A stretch of DNA of 64,000 nucleotides from positions 24,986,001 to 25,050,000 of the forward strand of contig OY740811.1 in NCBI GenBank assembly GCA_963514005.1. The letters run 5' to 3'. Shown one piece after another: positions 53,100 through 64,000 of this stretch (within the stretch, counting starts at the first letter, position 1; every line of letters begins with the position of its first letter). This DNA comes from Raja brachyura. Taxonomy: Eukaryota. The notes below the pieces were generated by a model, which saw nothing but the letters and a program-made list of their open reading frames with translations, was not told where the DNA came from and did not search any database. The translations under genes and the position numbers were made by a program.

Positions 53100-53260
53100 G
53101 TCATCTGTTGCTGGCTCTCATTTGTTCTGGCCTTTCCTATCTCCAGTTCCCTCCCCTCTGCTTTCAGTCTGAACAAGGGTTCAGACACAAAACATAAACC
53201 ACCCTTTTTGTCTAGTTGCTGCCTGATCTGCTGAGTTACTCCAGCACTTTGTGTCCATTT
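53100..53260 (+). mobile_element. Degenerate Penelope pLTR
   Basis: cagtctgaacaagggttcagac...gctgcctgatctgctgagttactccagcactttgtgtc. Confidence 0.7.
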
Positions 53261-54514
53261 TGAGCCCAAGACAACATAGACGGATGAAGACTATGACATC
53301 CAACACCCTCTCCCCCAATTACATTATAATACAATATGATTTTGTTTGTTCATTAGCCTGCCTATCCCATCCAAGAACTAAACTGTTGTCAGGCAGACTG
53401 TGGTAGTTTTGTTATCATTTACATTAACGTAACGTATCTTCTCATCATTCTCCACAATGTACTTGACGTATTGTCAATACCTTTGTGTAGGAAACAACTA
53501 ATAACTCAAACTATCTCTGCAAACATAATACGCCTCTACTCAGATAAATAATTTCAACTAGAACACTGATAGCAAATGCCACCATTGCTTAAGTTCTTAA
53601 TGCATGTACAAGTTATCATGCACAAACAGATTAAAATATTAAACCTGTATGATTGTACGTATACACCCAGTTGATAGATGAAAAAGTGTGCACGCAATAC
53701 GTCAGGGGCTGTCAGCCATAGATGGAATGTATGCATTTTCTGCTGGTATTTATACAATACAAATATAGATTTGTATGTTTTAAAGTAGACTTTTTAGGGA
53801 ATGGACATTTAGAGATTTAATTTGACTAAAGTATTTCCACTGCCATTACACAAATTTATGCTTTTCATATCTCCTAATCATGAAAATAAAAAACATGGCA
53901 TTTAAATTATGATGTACATTTAACTTTCTGAATTTAAACTCTGGCTGACTTAATTTTAGTATTAAAAGTTTTAGGACGTAGCAACATGGAGAATGTTCTG
54001 GAATAGGATCCCAGCACATTATCCGGCTCGTTAAACTTGGTGATGTGACAGTGACTCTCAAGGAGTGGATTTAGGTCCATGGTCACCAAATAGTAATGAA
54101 AATGTGCTCATCTGCATTTACAGTGGGATTGAAAACTCACCCATATTTGCATGGGAGAATTTATTATCTCATGCCTGAGTCAAGATCATAATTGCTGGCT
54201 TGGATTAAGAGGCTTCAAATGGGAAGCCCTGTTACAACAGTTTAAGCAGTACATCCAGCATGAAGAGAATTTGGAAACTGTCAAACATGATCATGCCTGT
54301 CTGGCTCTATATTTAAACCGCTTGAAGACCATCCCTGGAACCTCCACTTTAAGTGAATGAGATAGGCACTATTTGAAAGTATGGTAATGCTGGTTTGGTG
54401 AGTTTTCTGGTCACTGTACTTGGCTAAAACATTAACAACCAAATTAAAGCCACCTGTACAAGGGAAAACTCCTCATACAGGAACAGACAATGGCTTTGCA
54501 TCTACTGTATGTAT

Positions 54515-54762
54515 GTTTAGTTTAGTTTACAAATACAGCGTGGAAGCAGGCTATTCGGCACACAGAATCCGCACCGACCAGCAATCACCTTTACAGTGTC
54601 TAGGTCAATTTTCTAGAAGCCATTTCACTTTACAAACCTACACGTCTTTGGAGTGTGGGAGGAAACCAGAGCACTCGAAGTAAACCCACGTAATCACTGG
54701 GAGAACTTACAAACACTGCACAGTCAGGATCGACCCAGGTTTCTGGCGCTGTAAGGCAGCAA
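54515..54762 (-). mobile_element. HE1-like V-SINE
   Basis: (TTTAG)n tail complement, V-domain complement, B box complement. Confidence 0.82.
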
Positions 54763-57700
54763 CATATCTATGTGAAATGCAGATGCTTTCTAAATTATGT
54801 TGGCAGTGCAAATTTCTTTTTTCTGTTGGTTGCTTGGTGGAAAACTCTTCTGATGTCTCGTAATTTGAAAATAATCCAGTAACCATAGTTGTTTTGAGAA
54901 ATCGAAATAGTCCTGATGCTCAAATGAATTGTACCATTTAGTTGAATTTAATCTCTCTTTATTTCCATTTGATTTGGCAAACTAAATGTAAGGAAATGCA
55001 CAGATATAATCCATCAAGAACGCTGGAGGGAATTTAATTACACCACCCGTTTCAGACTTTTTTCATGTAAGTTAATAGGCGTCTGACCCCAGCCTGCTAA
55101 TTGTAATATCACCCGCAGTGACTGTAATTCTGACAGCGTTACGCATAAATTCACTTTGGTTGAATTAACTGAGCGATGCTCAGATCTGACAAGTCAGTTT
55201 AAAAAATGCTTCCAAAAGGAACTATGAGAGACCTGCAGCCAAATAAAATGGTACATTCATATATTTTAATATTACTTGTGTCAGTTGCTTGTTTAAAAAA
55301 AAATAAAGGTCACCTATATCATTTTCATTTCTGAAGCTGTATTTTTCCAGTGGATCTGCAGCTGTAGTTTTTTTTAATCAAATCGGGCTAAGGTTGGGGT
55401 GATCAGAGATTCTCTAGTAAGGTATGCCAGTCTCAAACTTACTAACTGAACAAAGTTGTAGGTAAGGTCAGTGAAAAATATTTAAAAAAATAAATCCCAA
55501 ATGCAATGCCACGTATTCTATGTCTTTTCCTTCACATTGCTGCTGTGAATTCTATGCAGGCAGGACATTGCACAATTTCAGTCTCATTTTGAGAACAAAT
55601 TAACAATTTTACTGTTTGTTGCGGAGTCATTTAACAGTAGTCTGGGAATAAATTCCTTCACAAACAGGTTAGGGTCCGGTTGTAGTCATGGTCTGGGGTG
55701 TGTTTGTTACTGCCTGTGTTAAGCTGTGTGTGCCTGTGCCATAGCAAAAACCATCCATGGTAATCATTGATATTGAAGGCACCACCTTAAGCTGGCATGC
55801 CAGAAATAATTCCTATGGAAGGCACATTAAGATGTTTGGCTCTGATAAGACCCGACAGAAATGCAGGATTTATTTTGCTACAGAAACACTTTCATGAAAT
55901 TTTTATTTAATAGAAGAATTAGTAGAAGACTCTTAGACATCTATAATGTATTGGGAAGACAAGCTAACGATCTTTGAAATATAGAGTAGTCAGCACAGGC
56001 TGACCAAAACAAGAGTCTATGCCTATGTGCAGCTGCTTCTGGGAAGTAAAAACGCTGGTGGCTGTCGATCCTTCCATTCACTGACGCACTCGCTGCCCTT
56101 GAAAGTACTGACAATGTACTTAGTGCTGCAGAACATTCTTAACAATGTTTTACACCACCCGACAATTAAACTATGATTCGGATTCTTTCACAAGGTGTCC
56201 CTGGATTTTATATAGAATGTTCTGTAAAATGTAATTCAACCTTGCTGCGTATGCCATTTTTTTGTTCTCTGACCAGTTCTCTGTTCCCTGCTGGCTTTTC
56301 ATTTCTCCCTACCATGGCCAAAGCAAGTATTTTTTTTGTCGGAGCATGGAACTACGTGCCTTCTGTTCTTCACGCATCATTCCATCAGTGAATGTTGTCA
56401 ATGAATAAGCTGGTTGTTCCATCACACAGATCTCTGAAATGTCATTGCTAGATGTCCAAGGGCATTTGCAGCATTGTTCACTGAACAGTGTGTTTAGAAG
56501 CATGACACTCCTGCTAGGACAGGAGACTTGCTTAGATATGGCATCTTGATCAGACTGGAAGAGTATGGCTGAAGGGCCTGTTTCCATGGTGTATAAATCT
56601 ATGATAGTCTAGAGTTCAAGGCCAATGAGAGCAATTCATACCACTCAAAAGTGAGTTGACAATGACAGGTGCAGGCAATGAGGCTTACTCACCTCGACCT
56701 TGCATTTGTTTTCCAAGCTGCAGCCAGAATCTGCTGCTGGCCTCTATCTTCCATCCACTAGAAGGTTAGGAAGAGGCAACGTTGAATATGCAACTGAGTA
56801 GCAATTCCTTGAATTCCATCCTGGCAGGTAGCTGCTGACTCCTAAACTTGCTACGGCGAAGCGTGACAATCCAGCTTGCACCCAGTGCACCCTGACAGTG
56901 CTGCTAGGTCAGGTCAGGTGTCCAGTGTGACAAAGCACTTGCATTTGGATTGGGTTTGGCTGTTCCCCAACTCAGCACCATGCATTAGATTTAGGGCTAA
57001 CCATGACCCTAGCGCCTCCAGATTAGAGTGCAACAATCGTGATGTTGATCGGGACAACTCTGGATCAGGTCTTGGGCAGATCTCATATATGAAGTTTACA
57101 ATGGGATCGATGTTTCAGGTGCATTAATCCTGTTGTTCTGCTATCTTAAGTTCCTGTTGGTGCAGATATGCTCTGCTGTCTATACTGTGCTCTGGTTTCT
57201 CTGTGACAGCAGGGGTCTAGATACAAGCCCACTCTACATTGTCAACAATTCTATCCCAGAATAGATAGGGTTAAGCAGAAACTCCTGGGGAAAGAATACA
57301 CGCCTTGGGCTCAGATTTCACCCTCAGCCATATCTGCAATCAATCCATAATTAATATAAGGGTATTGTTAAATCTCACCAATTCATATTTGTGTATTGAT
57401 AATAACAGGAAATTGTTGGAGATGCTCACAGGTCAGGCAGCAACTATTGAAAGGGAAGCAGAGTTGACGTTTCAGGTCCACAGATGTGTCCTGCTGAATA
57501 TTTTCAGCATTTTCTGTTTTTTCCAGACTTTCGGTATTTGCAGTTCTTTGATCTTTGTTTTACTTTGGTTTGTTACTTTATCACGCAGGGAGCCAGTGTA
57601 AGAATGACTGTGCGTCTGTGAATGTGGGTCAGGACGCTGTAGTATGCCTCATCTCCAGGGACAAATGGGTCGGTGTGTCTGTGGGCTACTAATTTAGAGA

Positions 57701-58814
57701 CAGATAATTAATTTTATTAGCTGGATGCAGGAAAGTGCAGTAGGAAATTGTGCTGGGAATTTCAGGGCACCTTTAGTTGGTAGATAGTCCTGGGAGAACA
57801 CATCAGTCAGTTCAGTGAACGCCCATCTCCTGGGTTTATACTGATCTAATTATTGTGTCATACAGCATGAAACAAGGCCCTTCAAGCCTATTCTTAAGAC
57901 TGCATCCGAGCTTTCAAACTCCTGCATCTTCTCTCAGAAGGTAGAAGATAGAAAAGAGTATGGCCAGGGTGCCAGACATCCACAACTATATTTCTGGGCT
58001 GTATTCACCACTCTGCAGGTTCAGATGGTCAAGAGCAGAGCAGTTGCCACACCATGCACCCTATCAGGGTACTATCTGTGGTTTCTGGAATCCAAAATTA
58101 TGGAGGTTTGCTTGAAACAGTGGGAATAGTAGATTGAGTGGTTGAAGAGGTTTAAAGCACTTGCTAGATGACAAATGGCCTTCAGGAAGGATATCCCATT
58201 TCACGCTGGAGGAGAATGGACATTGCTCCAGAATATTAATTTTGTTATTAAAACAAGGTTGGTTGGCACTCTGTCTCTGTAATTGTAAGTCTCATAAAGT
58301 GCAAGATCTGCATTTGTGAGAGTGGAGTACGGGCAAAAAAGTTGTTTGTGCATTCTGTTCAAGTGGAGTGGAGATGGGGGAATGCAAAAGAATTGCACTA
58401 TCAGAAATTTAAATCCATTTCATCCCAGCAACGCTGCACTGCAAATAACATTGTTTTAGATTAGAGCTCCCCAGTGATGTGTTGCAAGTTCTTGCAATTC
58501 TTAGCATGTTACTCAATAGATGTGATTGTTGCAGCCAGCTCTGAAAGGGACAAACCGCAGTGCTAGTTAGGAGGGAGGGTTGCTACAGAATTAAGGGAGG
58601 GTAGTAGGAGAGTGTTCCTTGTTGGTTGCTGAAGTAAATGACCTGCATTGTGAGGAGGTGCTGGCTGAAGTCTACCAGGATAAAACAACTTTAACAGCTG
58701 AACCATACCTTTTTGTGCTGACAAATGTCTTGTTCCATTGGCCAGATACTACACGCAAGGCAACTCGGGTTGTCCAGGTCCTAGATGTAAAGAGGCTGAT
58801 TCCTCAGGACTTGG

Positions 58815-59075
58815 ACGGCACATCGGTAGAGTTATTGTCTTACAGCGCTAGAGACCTAGGTTTGATCCTGTCTATGGGTGCGGTCTGTATGGAGTTTGTA
58901 TGTTCTCCCTGTGTCTGCATGGGTTTCTTCGGGTTTGTAGGTTAATAGTCTTCAGTAAAATGGTAAATTATCCCAAGTGTGTAGGATAGTGCTAGTGTAC
59001 TGGGCGATTACTGGTCAGCACGGACTCGGTTGGCCGAAAGGCATGTTTCCATACTGTATCCTAAAGTCTAAAGTA
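58815..59075 (+). mobile_element. HE1-like V-SINE
   Basis: tRNA head, ggagtttgtatgttctccc V-domain, CR1-like tail, ctaaagt repeats. Confidence 0.82.
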
Positions 59076-60929
59076 AAAGACTGACAGTCCAGAACCTTGG
59101 GAATGGTGTCAGGACTGATTTCACGAGAAATTTCCTAAAGGGTTGTCAATTTATTAAGTTATCTATCGCGGAGATCTGTGAATGCTCAGTTATCGACAAT
59201 GTTGAAGGCAAATCTGATAGATTTTTGGGCACCAATAGAGTAGGGTATGAGGGCCTGTGGGACTTGAAGTAGTGGAACCATTCTGCTACTGGATGGTATC
59301 TTTCAAGATCTCTTTCAAGAGAGAAAATAAAATATTGTGACGCTCAAAGAGAATTGACCTAATCAGTGCTACTTCTAGATCACTCTGTGTAACTCTTTTG
59401 CATCCAACTCGCTAATGACTGGTGTCAGCTAACAGTGACTTTAAATTTTTTTAAATATGCTTCATTATCTCAATAATGAGCTTCATTACTATTGAATCGA
59501 TACAATATGTGTCAGTCTGCCAATAGGAGTGAAATCACTTTTTTTTTTAAAGCCTCAGGTGCCTTCCCTTACTCTTACTCCCCTGCCTTTGCACAAGCAC
59601 CAATGACCAAAGGAAAAAAGAGAGTGAAAACAGTCAAATTACTGCAGCACCCACCCTTCATAGGGTGTTGACGCATCGTCAACAGTGGGTGCTGCAGAAC
59701 ATAAACTCAAATGCACTTCCAAGTGTGCAGGTTAAGATTCCTATTACAATGCGGCACTGACTGATGTTCAACTTCGCCAACCGAATATGTCATCAGTCTC
59801 CCAAAGTGTTGCACCACACAAAACTGTAATTCACTGAAGGGGGTTCCTTCCTTCTGTCATCACTCCAGTTCTGTGGATGAACAGTTTTATCAAATGATTG
59901 AAACTATTTTTAACAAGTTATGAACACAGAAGCAGATTTGCAAAATGAAACACTTCTTTCATTTCCCCCAAAAGAAAACAGAATGTTTGTTTTTTTCAAT
60001 ATCTTAATTTCTTTAACGTGAGAGCAAATAGGTGCAGACAAAACTAATTTTAAATCCTTAATTGGACACTATTAATAGTGGGTCTGTGCAGACATGACAT
60101 GTGAATGTTCAGTCATCCTGCAGTGTGTTCCATACACCCCAGGCAATGAATCAGTCACTTCCCATAGAAAAGACAATCTGTCTTCTCATGTCTCCTCCCA
60201 CCTTTCCCTTTTTTTGCCACTGCTGCTTACAGACAGGGAAATCATTTTTCCTGATGAGATGCAGCAATCTGCTTGGATAGTAGGCTAATGCTGTATACAG
60301 CTGGTGCTGTCTTGTCAAATAAAATTAACTCCAGTCTGCATCGAGGTCTGTGAAAAATAATTCCCCCCTCCCCCCTTTTATTTATCCTTGTTCCCATGAT
60401 TTTTCCAGGCTCCTTGTAGAATGCAGTTTTATTGGTGTAGATATTCATTATTTATGCATAGTCTTGGGCGAAATGGAGTCAGGCGATTGATCTTGGGGGC
60501 ATCACACCTTCTCCCTGCCGTTAACGCACGCACGGACCAGTGTACCCAACAGTGGATACTGTTGGAGGGGTTCAGTTGCATAATGTGGCAAGGAATGATT
60601 TACCATCAGCTTTTATCAAGAATATAACCTAGAAATCAGTACACGGAGTCCGTGTTTTTCAGAGATTATTTGGAGCGACAATTTTCAGCATCAGTTCAGT
60701 TTAGCACCTAACTGGTGTGGGTCATACTGGAGGTGTTTTGGGGGTGAGATCTCACCAGATGCAGGATTACAGTGGACCCAAGTCCTTGCGTTACTGGTGT
60801 TTTTCTGACATCATTATTGACCAATACCCATTTCTGCTTAAACCGACACAAGCTGGAGCAGAAAGCTCCGTGTTACATCTGCTGCACAATGGTCTCAGAA
60901 GAACAATGAGCACGCTGTTGCATTTAAAG

Positions 60930-61080
60930 GGGCACAAAATGCTGGAGTAACTCAGCGGGTCAGGCAGCATCTCCGGAGAAAAGATTCTTTTTTTCCAGAG
61001 ATGATGCTTGACCGGCTGAGTTATTCTAGCTTTTGTGTCTATCTTCGGTGTAAGCCAACATCTGCAGTTCCTTCCTACAC
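60930..61080 (+). mobile_element. Head-to-head Penelope pLTR pair lacking the hammerhead box
   Basis: cacaaaatgctggagtaactcagcgggtcaggcagcatctccggagaaaa is inverted to ttttccagagatgatgcttgaccggctgagttattctagcttttgtg. Confidence 0.8.
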
Positions 61081-61758
61081 TTTCCTGACGCTGGGAGACC
61101 AGACTGGACTGTGTCAGCAGTGCCTGTACACTGCACAAACTTGGCAGATGTGATGCAATTTGCTTCTGTCTTCCCTGCAGGGTTGGACTATTGAATGGTG
61201 TAAATACTGCCTTCACCTAGTGAGGTGGATTAATCCAATTCATGTTGTATTAGCAAATGCGATGTTTAGAAAATAAAAAAAGTGTGTGGTCTCATGCGAC
61301 ATTCTATGAAATGCAGTGATGCAAGCGAAAAAATAAATAAAAGGCACTCTGACTGGAATTACCCTATTTTACAGATTATCGTTTTTGAAAATAAGTTACA
61401 ATTCATAAAATTCTGCAAGTAAAATACAGATTTGTTCTCTCTGAGGTAGATTACGCTATACCATAAGTGGCACGAGTGAGTGGATTGATTTTATCAACTG
61501 AATATTGGTGTAGTGTCCATAACCTGTTCATATTAATATGTGCCAAAACTTTCAAACATGTAGTCAGAGCCATCACCAAGTTTGCTTGAACAAATTCTAT
61601 CATACTGTACTTGAGTAATGAGTCGGTGAGATGTTTTTATTCCCTCTGCACCAACATTTGGATGGGCTTGTTCAGTTCGTGAAGGGGGTTCCTGTGGGAA
61701 CTGGGCCTGGCTTACAGCAGCTCCAGTAAGCAGTTGGGTCACATTGCTTCCACAACCA

Positions 61759-61890
61759 GGGGCGACACAGTGGCGCAGCAGTAGAGTTGCTGCCTTACAG
61801 TGCCAGGGACACAGGTTCGATCCTGACCTTGGGTGCTGTCTGTATGAAGGTTGTACGGTCTCCCTGTGACCGCATGGGTTTTCTCCGGCT
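61759..61890 (+). mobile_element. HE1-like V-SINE 5' part with intact Pol III boxes
   Basis: A box gtggcgcagcagtag and B box ggttcgatcc (61814-61823). Confidence 0.85.
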
Positions 61891-62907
61891 GGCTGAGTCC
61901 CTATGGAACCGGGTGGCGACTGGAGACTCAGAAAGAAAGGGGGGACGTTGCCGTGGTGCGGCAGGTTAAGTACCCGTTTCTTCGGCTTCGATCTGGGAAC
62001 TTTATTTCTGTTTTCATTTACTAATTTCCCAGCCATTCTACTTGAGGAATCAAATTGATTTTGATTGTGTTGGAGGATAATGATCAACCTTGTTTTAATT
62101 CCGCGAAACCAGCCAAGACATAATTCCTGTCAAGAGGCCATGAAAGGCACAAGTTTGTCTGTGCGTTCTGATGAGAAATAAACAGAGAATGAAACCACAT
62201 GTGCCACATTTCCTGGATCTGCTCAAAGCATTAATAAACTTCAATGGACCAATTTTTGAAACTAAAAAAGTGCAGACAACCTTTACTTTCGTTGATCTGT
62301 ATGTTGTAGCCAAATTGAAGCAATTCGATGGGGATTATTCTGTATTTGCTGATCACGTTATGTTCCGTACAATGGTCACCAGGTTACATGTTCATGGGTC
62401 GCGACAAGATCCCCTTCAATGTCACTCCAGTTCCAACAGATTTGTTTTTAAGTTTTCTTTCAACCTTTTCCCCTTCCTGTTGGCTGAGTGCACAGGAGAG
62501 TGGGAGGTGAAATTGATTTCCTGGTTGGTGTTCTATTTAGCTTTCTCCACAAGCATTTGAATTCTTTGATGTGAGTTACAGTATGTTTGGTTAACTCTTC
62601 TATGAGTGTAATGACCGTGTTTCTCTAAAAAGAAAGCATGGAATATTCATGTAGAGCTTTTTAACTTGTAATTCATTAATAGGTTGATGTAATGGTGGCA
62701 AGAGATGGCGGGTGGGGTGTTTAGGATGTTGAAAGGGTGCTGATAAGGCAGGCTGCCTTATCCTATCACTCACAGGATCTGTCTGGGTAATCTTGTACTT
62801 TGTATGCCAACAAAATCTCTTGTGTCACGCTTCTTTGGTGTCTGTGAAGTTGCGCTTATCTACGCAAGTAGACAGTATTTCTTCATGCTTCTCACTGTGC
62901 CTTGCAG

Positions 62908-62925
62908 ATGGTGGAAAGTCGGGAG
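62908..62925 (+). other. Candidate 18-nt microexon of an unidentified host gene
   Basis: tatttcttcatgcttctcactgtgccttgcAG|ATGGTGGAAAGTCGGGAG|GTAAGA; no internal stop in any frame (MVESRE / DGGKSG / WWKVG). Confidence 0.5.
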
Positions 62926-63009
62926 GTAAGATGCAAATAAATGGAAGGTTATTGATGAAACAGTTAAAAATGGTCAGGCCAAGAATCATGTGCTGTGGTA
63001 TTCCTACAG

Positions 63010-63260
63010 GAATGCCCTTTCACTGAAAGAATTGACTTCCAGCAACAGTAATCTTGCTTTGTGGAAGGTTTGGCTCAAAACAGTAGAGGCTTTTTCTCCT
63101 TTATTCCCATTGAATTCAGTTTTATCAAAGCTCCTTGATGCTGAACAAGTTTCAATTTTGGCATGATGTCATGAACAGCCAGTCTCACTTCAAGCCTGGA
63201 ATTCATCTTCCATGTTGCCAGGTAATTGCCATCAAAACTTCTCGTGGAGAGGCAAACCCA
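63010..63260 (-). mobile_element. Ancient CR1/L2-group LINE RT remnant
   Basis: WKMNSRLEVRLAVHDI...VQHQGALIKLNSMGIKEK resembles the RT segment ELNSRGEVRVTALDIKAAFDRVWHQGALAKLKSMGI. Confidence 0.65.
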
Positions 63261-63374
63261 ATTATGGAACATATATATCTTCATCATCACAGCAAGGATT
63301 TGCGTGTCCCAATGAATGCGGCATTGATTGACCTTGGCCCTCTTGTTTTGATAGCCCATAACAAAATTTAAGAA

Positions 63375-63540
63375 ACAAAAAATCTATAGGTTTAAGGTGG
63401 GAAAGAAGGAGATTTGAGGGAATTTTTTTGTTGTTGTACAAAAAGTGGTTGATATCTGGACCTCGCTGCCAGAGGTGGTGGTGTCAGATACAATCAGCAT
63501 GTTTAAGAGTCAGTGTTCGGGCATTTGAAAGATGTTTTTG
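63375..63540 (+). mobile_element. CR1-like LINE 3' fragment
   Basis: aggtttaaggtggg...aaagtggttgatatctggacctcgctgccagag...atgtttaagagtca. Confidence 0.7.
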
Positions 63541-64000
63541 AAGGCTGGCTGTGGTGCGTCAGAGAACCAACAACCTATAAGCCTGATCAGAGCCTGCGCT
63601 GTGGTTGCGGGTTGGAGATGTTTGGATGGGGAGAAGAATTGAATTTAATGGTTGGTCGAGGACCAGGGAGGATTTTCTCGCTTGGAGCCAATGATTCCAG
63701 CTGAGCATGGGTCTGTGATTAGGCTAGTGAAAATTTGAGGGCAGGTTGCAAATTGTGGTCTTTAGTGAGGGTTGAACCTTGGGCCTGATGGTGAAGATTT
63801 AAAGGATTGGATAATTGCGATTGGAGTGGTTGAAAGTCAGAGCTGGGGCCTTGGAGGAATTAAGGTGGAGTTTGGTGGAAGAGTGGCATTACGGTGATTC
63901 CAAAATGATCAGGAAGTTCACAGAGTTATGTTGGGAATCCTATTGCATTTGGGGGCTCAGCTCAAGCTCTTCTGTGGCTCCACATTGACGTCTGTCATCC

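Noticed and set aside
61759-61830. tRNA gene
   Set aside because: A and B boxes continue into a V-SINE body; this is a SINE head with no full cloverleaf.
62171-62560. 129-aa ORF
   Set aside because: No recognisable motif and no splice boundaries; likely random.
1-64000. CRISPR array, operon or prokaryotic defence system
   Set aside because: Vertebrate repeat-rich DNA; the recurring roughly 30-nt palindromic motif is dispersed within retroelement copies, not regularly spaced with unique spacers.

Overview
This window is eukaryotic, AT-rich, CpG-depleted vertebrate DNA. The repeat families (HE1-like V-SINEs, CR1/HER1-like LINEs, Rex1/Babar-like LINEs, Penelope-like elements) point to a cartilaginous fish, probably a skate or ray (inference). 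I can support no intact host protein-coding gene; every recognisable ORF is a decayed transposon fragment. It reads as a long intron or gene desert. Best-supported features: (1) a full-length IR/DR-type Tc1 (DD34E) element at 19988-21915 with a nested MITE; (2) Penelope GIY-YIG fragments plus about 20 short pseudo-LTR copies carrying a minimal hammerhead-ribozyme motif, several with target-site duplications and head-to-head hairpin structure; (3) a probable non-autonomous Helitron at 36349-37671. Candidate host signals, both on the + strand, are a recursive splice site (CAG|GTAAGT, 39176-39184) and an 18-nt frame-preserving microexon (62908-62925). Several repeat-free blocks also look like conserved non-coding elements. 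I see no evidence for a wholly new system; the most interesting leads are the ribozyme-bearing mini-Penelope family and the splice signals. All family names are by recognition, not database search, and most repeat boundaries are approximate.
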